Origin: a virus
Virus record (IMG/VR): IMGVR_UViG_3300045003_000080
Location: 55,830 to 119,829 of that record
Length of the DNA stretch: 64,000 bases
Reading direction: 5' to 3' (one strand)
Shown here: one piece after another, positions 18,586 to 26,929 of the stretch
Layout: each line of letters begins with the position of its first letter
How positions within the stretch are numbered: position 1 is the stretch's first letter
Translations under genes and position numbers: made by a program
Notes under the pieces: generated by a model
Seen by the model: only the letters and a program-made list of their open reading frames with translations
What the model was told of the DNA's origin: nothing
Database searches by the model: none

Positions 18586-20904
18586 GTGGCCACCACGAGC
18601 ACCCCCCAGTGGGCGGCGCGCCACGACGGGATCCTGGGCCAGGCCGACGCCACCGCCCGCGCAGCCGACATCAACCAGCTGCTCGGCACACACAGCGACA
18701 GCCCGGTCTACCAGGGCAACCAGATCGTCACCCCCACCGGACAAGGCGGCACCGACTGGGCGCTCGCGTTCGACACCCTCGACATCGACCAGCCGTTCAC
18801 CATGTCCGGAACCGCCATCGGCCGGGTGACCATCCCTGTCCTGCCGGTCGGCAACGGAGCCGACCTGGTGGTGTCCCTGTGCAACGACAACTCCGGCAAC
18901 CCGGGCGCCGTCATCACCCGCACACGGGTACCCGCGACGTGGATCAACCAGCTCGCAGCCGTAAACGGCATCACCGGGCCCAGCGTCCAGCCACCTTCGA
19001 CGCAGTACACGAACAATGCGCTGGCCGTCGCCCAGTTCAACGCCCTACACCAGGGCACGAGCACGAAGAAGGGATACGCCCCCCCGGCAGCTACGTCGGG
19101 TGGACCGTCGTCCGGTGCGATGAACACGGCTTACGGTAACTACCTGATCTTTGTCGGTGGCGTCATCAACGCAAACACTGCCGTCAGTGGCGTATTCACT
19201 ATCCCCTGCGACACGGCTGGCAACGTCGGGGCGGGCATCCCACAGCCCTCGCTCGTCACCCCGAACGACGGCTCCTGCGGTCTGGTCGTTAGTACGGAGG
19301 CGCCCGACGGGAACCTCTACGTCGTCATGACCGGTGGGGCGACGACGTTCAATGGCTCACCCACAACGGCCACATACACCGCACAGTTCGATGCCTCGTC
19401 GGGTTCGATCTCAGCCTGGTCAGCGCAGGCAGCACTGCCTCAGGCCCTTCAATGGCACGTCATGGCGGCGTGGAATGGGTACGTCTACACGGTCGGTGGC
19501 GGCAGCGCCGGGAACGCGGTCTACTACGGGCAACTGCAGAACGGGCAGATCACCGCGTGGAACACCGGCCCGTCCCTGCCGCAGGCGGCCACGTTCCTGT
19601 ACGCGACGGCGATCAACGCGTTCTTGTTCGCGATCGGTAACGCTGGCGCCGGTACTCAAACGAACGTGTACTACGCCCCGATCAACTCGGACGGGTCGCT
19701 CGGCTCGTGGCAGAACGGCCCGTCACTCCCCTCGTACGGCTGGACCGGCATCCCCGCGCTCAACGCGGACAGCTACGGCATCGTCGCGCAGATCGGCACG
19801 ACCCACCTCATGACGCTGGGCGTGTCCGGGAACGGCCCCGACATCGCGTGGCAGGTGTTCACCGAGCCCGCCCCGTTCGGGGGTGGCTTGTTCTCCGTGC
19901 TGGTGCCGGTGACGTCGGGGCAGTGGCAGTTCTACACCCTGTACGGGTCCACGTACCTCACTGTGCCGATCTACCTGACGCCCCGGATCTCGGTGCCCCT
20001 GCCGGCGACGGGCCTCACCAATAGCGCGACGTACCACATCCTGTTGCAGCAGCCGAACGGCAGCACAGCCGACTACCTACGCACCAGCGTTGACCTGGAC
20101 GCGCTGCCTGGGAATCCGACGCTGAGGACCAGCCCGAAGAACACCTGGACGTGGACGGCGAATCCGACGGCCGGAACCGCGATCCCGATCGGGATCTACG
20201 ACAACAGCAACGGCACCGCTAACGCGAACGGCGCGACGGGCAACAACGTGGTGTGGCACACGTGGCAGGACAACGGGGCGCGGATCACGACCCTGGTGCG
20301 GGCCACCACACCGGACCAGAGGCTGATCGGGATCTGCGAGTCGACGGTGAACCCCACGGCCCTGAACAGCAACACCGGGTTCGAGACGACGATCTCGCCG
20401 TGGACGACGGGCACCGGGACGCTGGTGCGCAGCAACACGCAGGCGTATGAGGGCACGTGGTCAGCGCGGATGACGCCGAACGGCACGAGCGCGAATGTGT
20501 TTTTCCAGTCGGAGAACCTGCCGTGTGTGCCCGGGGTGTCGTACACGGTGACGATGTGGGTGTACGCCGTCAACACGATCACCAGCAACTTCTCGGCGAC
20601 GTTGTTTTGGTACAACGCTGGCGGGACGTTCATTTCCGAGTCGGACAACCTGGTGAGCATCCCGGCGAACACGTGGACGCTGGTGAGTAACACGTTCACC
20701 GCGCCAAGCGGCGCGTATCAGCTCTCGATCAATCCGCGCCAGTCCGGCACGCCCCCGGTCGGCAACGTCTTCTACGTCGACAACGCGTGGGCGTATGAGA
20801 CGTCCGGTGGCGCCCCGAACGCGACGGTGTCGCAGGTCACGTATGCCGGCACGTGGCCGGGGTCGGCGATCTGGCCTGCGACCGGCGTCACCCGACTCGC
20901 GTAG
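18586..20904 (+). CDS. Minor tail protein with kelch-like repeats and C-terminal carbohydrate-binding (CBM4/9-like) domain
   Basis: YVYTVGG / VYYAPINSDGSLGSW repeats; NTGFETTISPW...AYEGTWSA...FYVDN. Confidence 0.75.
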   Translation: MATTSTPQWAARHDGILGQADATARAADINQLLGTHSDSPVYQGNQIVTPTGQGGTDWALAFDTLDIDQPFTMSGTAIGRVTIPVLPVGNGADLVVSLCNDNSGNPGAVITRTRVPATWINQLAAVNGITGPSVQPPSTQYTNNALAVAQFNALHQGTSTKKGYAPPAATSGGPSSGAMNTAYGNYLIFVGGVINANTAVSGVFTIPCDTAGNVGAGIPQPSLVTPNDGSCGLVVSTEAPDGNLYVVMTGGATTFNGSPTTATYTAQFDASSGSISAWSAQAALPQALQWHVMAAWNGYVYTVGGGSAGNAVYYGQLQNGQITAWNTGPSLPQAATFLYATAINAFLFAIGNAGAGTQTNVYYAPINSDGSLGSWQNGPSLPSYGWTGIPALNADSYGIVAQIGTTHLMTLGVSGNGPDIAWQVFTEPAPFGGGLFSVLVPVTSGQWQFYTLYGSTYLTVPIYLTPRISVPLPATGLTNSATYHILLQQPNGSTADYLRTSVDLDALPGNPTLRTSPKNTWTWTANPTAGTAIPIGIYDNSNGTANANGATGNNVVWHTWQDNGARITTLVRATTPDQRLIGICESTVNPTALNSNTGFETTISPWTTGTGTLVRSNTQAYEGTWSARMTPNGTSANVFFQSENLPCVPGVSYTVTMWVYAVNTITSNFSATLFWYNAGGTFISESDNLVSIPANTWTLVSNTFTAPSGAYQLSINPRQSGTPPVGNVFYVDNAWAYETSGGAPNATVSQVTYAGTWPGSAIWPATGVTRLA

Positions 20905-20911
20905 GAGGCGT

Positions 20912-21370
20912 GTGGCGACAACGTTCGAGGCACTGCTGCTTGCGCAGGTGAATTTTGTACTCAATCCGCCACGTTTCCGGGGTTCGATCCTGTCGGCGAC
21001 CGCAATCTCCGTGAGCACGAACATCCCTTATTCCACGATCAGCGAGGACTCCTACGGTGGCTGGAATTCCAGCAACCACTACTGGGTCGTGCCGGTCGCG
21101 GGGCTCTACCACGTAACGATTCAATTCAAATGGAGTGGCACGCCAAGCGCGGCACCATCCCCGGACCTGGTGAAAACCGGCACGAACGCGCTGAACGGCC
21201 CGAACGCGTCGGCCACGACCGCATCGACCGGCGTATCCATTTCGGGGCTCGTTCGGTGCAACGTGGGCGATCAGCTCGCCGCGCAGACACAGGCCGCCAG
21301 CAGTGGTTTCACCACAATCGCCGACCCGTCGGACAACAATTTCATGGAAATTTTCTTCGTTTCGTTGTGA
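20912..21370 (+). CDS. C1q/TNF-like tail-tip protein
   Basis: GTG after AGGAGG; DSYGGWN...VVPVAGLYHV...VRCNVGDQL. Confidence 0.65.
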   Translation: MATTFEALLLAQVNFVLNPPRFRGSILSATAISVSTNIPYSTISEDSYGGWNSSNHYWVVPVAGLYHVTIQFKWSGTPSAAPSPDLVKTGTNALNGPNASATTASTGVSISGLVRCNVGDQLAAQTQAASSGFTTIADPSDNNFMEIFFVSL

Positions 21371-21382
21371 CGGCTCCTGCTG

Positions 21383-21640
21383 TCACCGCGTCCACGGGTC
21401 TCGGCGTATTCCGATACGAGCGCGCACTGCTTCGTAGAGCCAGTACGACCACACGGGCCAGTCGTATGGCTCGGGGACGGGACGGCTTGAGGACCAGCCG
21501 ACGAGAGGCGGCATGATCAGGGCGAGCGCGACAAGGGGGAGGCACGCCGCGCCGAACACGGCAGCCGACGTTGTCGCGCTGGCGAGCAACGTGCCCCACA
21601 GGGCGAGGAACACCCGGTGTGCGGCGAGGCACTTTCGCAT
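21383..21640 (-). CDS. Small membrane protein inserted against the operon
   Basis: ATG 21640 with RBS AGGAG; two hydrophobic segments. Confidence 0.55.
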   Translation of the reverse strand: MRKCLAAHRVFLALWGTLLASATTSAAVFGAACLPLVALALIMPPLVGWSSSRPVPEPYDWPVWSYWLYEAVRARIGIRRDPWTR

Positions 21641-21727
21641 GGCTGCTCCTTCCCTTCGATTCATTCGCACGATAACACCGAGACGCCGAGATCACCGCGT
21701 TTTGTGACAACTCATACGGGGGGTGAC

Positions 21728-22216
21728 GTGGTGACTGACGCTGTCCATATCGAGCGCCGCACTCTTCATGAGGCGGTCGCCTATCCGCCACATGCCCCCC
21801 GTGAAACGGATCCGCACTATGGCGTCTTCCGTCACGCCCAACACCACCTCATCCACGTGCTCGGTGTGCCGTGCTGGATCGGTGGGGCGACGCTGGCGCA
21901 GATCAAAGCCGGGCTGTCGCCAGCCCATCGCTGCCACGGGGCGACGCAACTCGAAGCGCATCACGCAGTCGCCGAGTTCGCTGGCCTTTCGGAGATCGAC
22001 TGGCAGAAGGTCGCCAAGGACTTTCCATTAGCAGGGATCCATTCCGACGAGGATTTCCTGAATTTCGCAGAGTCGGAGGGCGGCCTCATGATCATATGCG
22101 ACAAGCATCATCGCGGGCCGAATCACGGAATTCATGCCATTACGTACCCGGCGTGGCTGCTCGACCGGTACGCCCGCGACGACTACGAGTTCCTACCCGA
22201 TCCGGCCGCCACGTGA
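21728..22216 (+). CDS. HNH-fold-like hypothetical protein
   Basis: CWIGG...LEAHH...LMIICDKHHRG...GIH. Confidence 0.6.
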   Translation: MVTDAVHIERRTLHEAVAYPPHAPRETDPHYGVFRHAQHHLIHVLGVPCWIGGATLAQIKAGLSPAHRCHGATQLEAHHAVAEFAGLSEIDWQKVAKDFPLAGIHSDEDFLNFAESEGGLMIICDKHHRGPNHGIHAITYPAWLLDRYARDDYEFLPDPAAT

Positions 22217-22578
22217 ATCTTTTGCGTCGGCTGCCCCGGTGGTTGCGTGTCGCGTTGCTCGGCGCGAATTTCGCGGCGTCGCTCGGGGTGCTGGTCAACT
22301 GGTGGCTGGCCGTGTGGCCGAATCTGGCGGCAGCCTGGTTTCAGACCTCTGCGATAGTCGCGCTCGCGATGCCGCTCAGTGTGTGGGTTGGGCGCGTGCT
22401 CGACACCCATCACGACCGGGTGGCGGCGCACCAGGAACGCGAGCACGCGGCGACACGGCAGCACGTGGAGGAGCGGCTGGCCACGCACGCTGCTGCACAC
22501 GACGAACGCATGGCAGTGATCTCCGACCAGATCGCGGCGTTGCACGCGAAGCTCGACCAGCCGGGAGGTACGCCGTGA
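22213..22578 (+). CDS. Putative holin-like membrane protein
   Basis: GTGA overlap with upstream stop; two TM segments; directly before endolysin. Confidence 0.55.
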   Translation: MNLLRRLPRWLRVALLGANFAASLGVLVNWWLAVWPNLAAAWFQTSAIVALAMPLSVWVGRVLDTHHDRVAAHQEREHAATRQHVEERLATHAAAHDERMAVISDQIAALHAKLDQPGGTP

Positions 22579-23621
22579 CCGTCACCTTTGGGATCGATAT
22601 CGCGTCGTACGAGGCGGGGGAGGTGCTCAGCGAGGTCCATAGCGAGGGGTTCACTTTCGCGTATGTGAAAGCGACTCAGGGCACGAGCTACGTTGACCCG
22701 TACTTCGCGGGGTGGGCGGCCGGCCCAGGCGGCCTGATCTTCATCCCGTACCACTACGTCACCACCGAGGACCCGGGGGCGCAGGCACGGTTCTTCCGGA
22801 GCGTTGCCGGGCCGGTGCCGGCAGTGATGCTCGACGTGGAGCAGGGCGCGCCCACGACCGGCGCCGGGGTGCTCGCGGTGATCGACGCGTTCACGGTGCT
22901 CGGCTACGTCGTCGACGTGTATCTGCCTCGCTGGTACTGGGCGCAGATCGGGTCACCCGATATGACGACGTGGCCGGTGCGTAACCTCATCGCCAGCGAC
23001 TACCCGAGCACCCAATCGGGGTACGCCTTCGACCTGTACCCGGGCGACGACTACAAGGGGTGGGCGGCGTACGGGAACAAGACGCCGGCGATTCTACAGT
23101 TCACCGACGCCGCCAAGGTGGGCGGGCAGCTCGTCGACGCGAACGCCGCGTCAGCGTCGGCGCGGTTCCTGACCCTACCGCCACCAGCGCCCCCGGTCGT
23201 CTCCGACGTGCCCCCCGGGTGGGCGGCAACCGTCGCGACGGTGCAGGCGCAGCTCAACCGGTGGCCGTTTTCTCCGGTGCTCGTCGTCGACGACGTGCTG
23301 GGCCCGAAAACTGACGCAGCCGTCAGGGTGTTTCAACACGCAGCCGGGATCACCGTGGACGGGATCGCCGGCCCGCAAACCGTGCGCCGGGTCACCGCCT
23401 GGTACGACCCGACCCGGCCACCCCTACAGCAGGGCGCGACCGGGTCGGCTGTGTCGTGGTTGCAGGCGGAGCTGAACCGGACGATCAGCGCCGGGCTCGT
23501 CGTTGACGGCGTGTTCGGACCCGTGACGCTTGCAGAAGTCGACCGTTTCCAGGCGGTGCGGGGCCTGGTCGCCGACGGGCTCGTTGGCCGCATCACAAAC
23601 GCTGCCGTGCAGATCCCTTAG
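22575..23621 (+). CDS. Endolysin: GH25 muramidase plus two peptidoglycan-binding domains
   Basis: GIDIASYE, YVKATQG, YHY, LDVE, LQFT; VDDVLGPKTDAAVRVFQ and VDGVFGPVT...FQ repeats; GTG 22575 after GGAGG. Confidence 0.92.
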   Translation: MTVTFGIDIASYEAGEVLSEVHSEGFTFAYVKATQGTSYVDPYFAGWAAGPGGLIFIPYHYVTTEDPGAQARFFRSVAGPVPAVMLDVEQGAPTTGAGVLAVIDAFTVLGYVVDVYLPRWYWAQIGSPDMTTWPVRNLIASDYPSTQSGYAFDLYPGDDYKGWAAYGNKTPAILQFTDAAKVGGQLVDANAASASARFLTLPPPAPPVVSDVPPGWAATVATVQAQLNRWPFSPVLVVDDVLGPKTDAAVRVFQHAAGITVDGIAGPQTVRRVTAWYDPTRPPLQQGATGSAVSWLQAELNRTISAGLVVDGVFGPVTLAEVDRFQAVRGLVADGLVGRITNAAVQIP

Positions 23622-23642
23622 CCGACACGTGGGAGGAAACGT

Positions 23643-24092
23643 GTGCGTGGTCGTCGCCTGCAAGGGCTTGGACACATCTTTCGGCAACAACCGTACGAGG
23701 TCGCGTTCGCGCTCGCGTGTTTGAGCGCGCTGTGGGCGTTGCGCGCAGGCAGTGGCTCGGGTGCGGTGGCCCGGGTCCTGCCGCATTGGGGTTTGGTCGC
23801 GACCGACCTGGTGCTCGCTGCTGGTGGCGCGTTGACCCTGTTCGGGCTGGTGGTGGCCGGGTCGACGCTTGATGATGTGCGCCGGGTTCTGGGGCGCCGG
23901 GTGGAGCAGGGCGGCCAGTTCCTGATCGCGGGTGTGTTCGCGGCGACGGCGATCGTGGTGTATTCGCTCGGGTCGGTCGGCACGGTCCCGGGTGCGGTGT
24001 ATACGGCGCTCGCTGCTGCGTCGGCGACCCGGGCTGCGATGATCGGGCACACGTTCGCGCAGGCCGGCCGGGATCGGACGGACCTGGGATGA
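23643..24092 (+). CDS. Four-TM membrane protein (holin-like, lysis cassette)
   Basis: Hydrophobic segments; follows endolysin. Confidence 0.65.
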   Translation: MRGRRLQGLGHIFRQQPYEVAFALACLSALWALRAGSGSGAVARVLPHWGLVATDLVLAAGGALTLFGLVVAGSTLDDVRRVLGRRVEQGGQFLIAGVFAATAIVVYSLGSVGTVPGAVYTALAAASATRAAMIGHTFAQAGRDRTDLG

Positions 24093-24523
24093 ACGCCACA
24101 GAGTTGAGCGCCTATGCGGCGCTGATCCTTGCGGTTGTGAGCGCCACGATGAGTGTGTATAGGGGTTGGCGTAAACGGATTCAGGACGCTGCTCAGCAGC
24201 CTTTTTTGGTGGGTAACGCGGCGATCGAGGAAGCGCAGACGGCTTTACGCCTTAAGAATGACAGGTTGGCGGAACTCACCGAGTCGGAGGCGCGGCTGCG
24301 TGTCGCCCTGGCGGAGGCGAAAGGGACGGCTGAGGCGCAGCAGCAGCAGATCGTCGAACTCCAGTCGCGGCTGTACCAGGTGGATGCGACGAACCGGGAG
24401 TTGCAGGTGCGGGCGGAGGCGGCTGAGCGTCGGGAGCAGGAGCAGGTGTCGCGTATCGCGACGTTGGAGCGTGATATCGCGGATTTGCGGGTGAAGCTCG
24501 CGCTGCAGAACCCGGGCTACTGA
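24089..24523 (+). CDS. N-terminal TM plus coiled-coil lysis accessory protein
   Basis: One TM then long heptad region; ATGA overlap with upstream gene. Confidence 0.7.
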   Translation: MNATELSAYAALILAVVSATMSVYRGWRKRIQDAAQQPFLVGNAAIEEAQTALRLKNDRLAELTESEARLRVALAEAKGTAEAQQQQIVELQSRLYQVDATNRELQVRAEAAERREQEQVSRIATLERDIADLRVKLALQNPGY

Positions 24524-24548
24524 GCACGCTGTAAGTGGGCTGGTTACC

Positions 24549-24572
24549 GTGCCGGGGCCGTAGCCCCGGCAC
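24549..24572 (-). terminator. 10-bp hairpin with C(UACG)G tetraloop at the 3' end of the downstream GGY-NN array
   Basis: Minus strand reads GTGCCGGGGC-TACG-GCCCCGGCAC. Confidence 0.7.
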
Positions 24573-24576
24573 CCCT

Positions 24577-24661
24577 GCCAAGCCGTGCCCGGCCATGCCC
24601 CGCCAAGCCGCGCCGCGCTCTGCCGAGCCCAGTCCTGCCACGCTGGGGCGGGCCCCGCCAC
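24577..24661 (-). ncRNA. GGY-NN pentamer array 2 (putative VIPR-type guide RNA)
   Basis: Plus strand GCCAA GCCGT GCCCG GCCAT GCCCC GCCAA GCCGC GCCGC GCTCT GCCGA GCCCA GTCCT GCCAC...: 17 units in unbroken 5-nt register, non-coding. Confidence 0.8.
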
Positions 24662-24707
24662 GTCGCGATCTAGTGCACTCACATTGTACTAACGTGCGTG
24701 GCCATGT

Positions 24708-25256
24708 TCAGACCCTCTGATCAAAGCGTGTTTCAAGGCGTTCGAGCCGGGCCAGGATCTCGGTGCGTTCTTCGGCTGTGCGCTCGTTTTCGCCTCGGAT
24801 CGCGGTGACTGCCGTTTCGAGGTTTCGCTGGCGGACGTCCAGGCTGCGAATGGCGTCAGCCTGACGCTGGAATGCGGCAGCCACTACTTCCAGTAGGTTA
24901 CGCACTCCCGGGTCGGCCCCCGTTAGGTCGACCCGGGTAGCGACTTCGTGTCCTTCGCGAACTGCAAGGGCGGCGCGGCCTTGTTGCTTGCGGGCGAGCC
25001 GTAGGTGACCTACCGCGTCGACGACGCGGTATCCCTTGTCACGTACAACCTCTATCGCGTGGTGGTCCTGTTGTAACAACTCCCGTTTGGCCCGGCGCAT
25101 CGGCCCTTGGATCGTGGGCCGGTCCCGAATTGGGTCCACGCCCAGAGCATCCCCGAGCGCCTCGTAACTCAGCACCTCGTTGACAGGAGTCTCTCGCAGA
25201 AGGTCATAGATGATGCGCCAACGCGCCAGCTCCCCGGTGGCTTGGAACGGGGACAT
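24708..25256 (-). CDS. wHTH plus coiled-coil accessory protein coupled to the RAMP-like gene
   Basis: TGATG overlap with upstream stop; LSYEALGDALG...EVVRDKGYRVV wing motif; C-terminal heptads. Confidence 0.8.
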   Translation of the reverse strand: MSPFQATGELARWRIIYDLLRETPVNEVLSYEALGDALGVDPIRDRPTIQGPMRRAKRELLQQDHHAIEVVRDKGYRVVDAVGHLRLARKQQGRAALAVREGHEVATRVDLTGADPGVRNLLEVVAAAFQRQADAIRSLDVRQRNLETAVTAIRGENERTAEERTEILARLERLETRFDQRV

Positions 25257-25846
25257 CACCGGTACTCGATTTCCGCCACGTAGGTGCCATTCTGTGGGCG
25301 CCAGTCGCCCAGTCCCACGTAAGCGCCAGCAGTGTCGGCGATGCGCTCGATTTCGTGCTTGTCAAGGACGGACGGATCGAACTGGCCCTCGACGTCGGTC
25401 GCCCACTGCGAGAAGCGGGCGCGGCATCGAACGGTCCGTGCGCTGTTGACTTTCACCACCTTGACGAACCGGAAGTTCTCGTTTTCCCAGAGCTTTTCAG
25501 GGTCGCGCGACCCAGGGTACGAAATCGGGTTGACGACGGTGTTGATCAGAAGGCCCGCCTTGACCTTCTCGCCTAGCTTGTGTTTCTTCGCGCCGTCGTA
25601 GAGCGAGCGCCATATGTTTTCCCCCGGCAGGTATGGGCCAGCGTCCGGGTCAGTGTAGAGCGAGCCTAAGAACTCAAGGTAGGCGATCTCCTCGTAGTTT
25701 TCCTCAGTCTTCGACCGCTTTGACGTGCGGGCTTTAAGCGCCTTCGCGGCCGGGTCGAGGGGGTTGGCGAGTCGGCCATTGTGCATCAGGAGCTGGCGCG
25801 TGCCTTCAATGTGGAGCGTGAATTTCTGCGTTTGGAATGTGTGCAT
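25256..25846 (-). CDS. Stand-alone RAMP/Cas7-like protein (Vipr-like)
   Basis: 196 aa from ATG 25846. FTLHIEGTRQLLMHN first strand, PYLPGENIWRSL (RAMP PxIPGSSLKG-like), C-terminal Gly loop AGAYVGLGDWRPQNGTY. No other cas genes adjacent. Confidence 0.75.
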   Translation of the reverse strand: MHTFQTQKFTLHIEGTRQLLMHNGRLANPLDPAAKALKARTSKRSKTEENYEEIAYLEFLGSLYTDPDAGPYLPGENIWRSLYDGAKKHKLGEKVKAGLLINTVVNPISYPGSRDPEKLWENENFRFVKVVKVNSARTVRCRARFSQWATDVEGQFDPSVLDKHEIERIADTAGAYVGLGDWRPQNGTYVAEIEYR

Positions 25847-25874
25847 GGGTGAGCCATTCGTCGGGATTAGTGTT

Positions 25875-25979
25875 GCCCCGCCTTGCCAAGCCACGCTAAG
25901 CCGGACCTTGTTCTGCCAAGCCGAGCCTAGCCGTGCCTAACCTAGCCGGGCCGGGCGTTGCCTGGCCAGGCCGCGCCAG
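25875..25979 (-). ncRNA. GGY-NN pentamer array 1 (putative VIPR-type guide RNA)
   Basis: 21 units starting every 5 nt from 25875 to 25975 on plus; 18 begin RCC, exceptions GCT, GTT, GCG. Preceded on minus by hairpin GCCCAC...GTGGGC (25985-26003). Confidence 0.85.
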
Positions 25980-26144
25980 GTGCTGCCCACCAGAGCTGTG
26001 GGCTAGAAAGACGATAGCGTGGACCGTTTGTTCATGCAAACACGTAGATAAATCATCTGATAATACAGCGCGATGTTGAGTAGAACGGCAATGCATTGTT
26101 TTGCTGGGTGGTGCGAGTGATCCACATGTGTTTACAATAAGCAC

Positions 26145-26342
26145 ATGGATACTATTGTCACGCGGCGCAGTGGCACTCCCGACGAAGCCGTCGAGGTCGC
26201 CATGTTCTCCGACGGTGTCGCTTTGCTCGACACGAAACAGGGCGGCTCGGGTGCGCTGTGGTTTAACCCCGCCACGTTCGCCCAGTTCGTCCGCGACGTT
26301 AAAGAAGGCAAATACGATCCGGTTCCGTCCGTTAATGGCTAA
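26145..26342 (+). CDS. DUF397-family protein
   Basis: SG...AVEVA...GVALLDTK...LWFNPATFAQFVRDVKEGKYD. Confidence 0.85.
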   Translation: MDTIVTRRSGTPDEAVEVAMFSDGVALLDTKQGGSGALWFNPATFAQFVRDVKEGKYDPVPSVNG

Positions 26343-26390
26343 GGCGCCGTCCCACCCCCACGGGGGTCGGGGCGGCGCCTTTTTCGTTTT
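26341..26390 (+). terminator. Intrinsic terminator
   Basis: AAGGCGCCGTCCC...GGGGCGGCGCCTT stem followed by TTTTTCGTTTT, between convergent genes. Confidence 0.8.
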
Positions 26391-26394
26391 CCCG

Positions 26395-26913
26395 CTAGTT
26401 CGCACCCACGGGCACGGCAACGCGCTTGGGGGACACGGGCCGGGTTGCCATGTAATGGGCGAAAACCCACAGGCCCATAGTGCCGATACTTCCGATCACG
26501 CCAGCCACCAGCCGATTGGGCGACGGGACGGCGAGGGTGTGGATGGGGTAGAGAAACTGGGCCGTGACGGACAGGACAACGAAGGCCGCGTAGAGGATGT
26601 CCAACGTGATGGCGGCGCGGGCCCAGCCCGGACGCACCACGAGCATGCCGCTACGACGGGGAGCCCGTACGGCCTTGTCGACGAAGTCAAGGGGATCACG
26701 GCCCCCTCGCGCAGCACGAGCCCCCGTGTAGACGACAGCGAGCGCGGCGAAGCAAGCCAGTATTGCGAGCGGAGCCGCGAATATATGCTGGATCAGGCCC
26801 AAGGTCGCCGCGACAGCCATGAAGAGGTGCGCGTAAGCACACCAACGGTGCGGGCACATGCGGGTGGGGGAGTGGCGGTGCTCGGTGATGGTCAGCTCCC
26901 TTCCGGTCGGCAC
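26395..26913 (-). CDS. Membrane protein (start uncertain)
   Basis: About four hydrophobic segments. Confidence 0.6.
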   Translation of the reverse strand: MPTGRELTITEHRHSPTRMCPHRWCAYAHLFMAVAATLGLIQHIFAAPLAILACFAALAVVYTGARAARGGRDPLDFVDKAVRAPRRSGMLVVRPGWARAAITLDILYAAFVVLSVTAQFLYPIHTLAVPSPNRLVAGVIGSIGTMGLWVFAHYMATRPVSPKRVAVPVGAN

Positions 26914-26929
26914 GCCTATTCGTCGTACT

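Noticed and set aside
24577-25979. Pentamer tracts as microsatellites or coding repeats (ORFs such as 24276-24641, 24245-24682, 25896-26420)
   Set aside because: Slippage would homogenise whole units, yet two of five positions vary freely. A 5-nt period does not fit codons, and the translated ARLG/AWRG strings look like artefacts.
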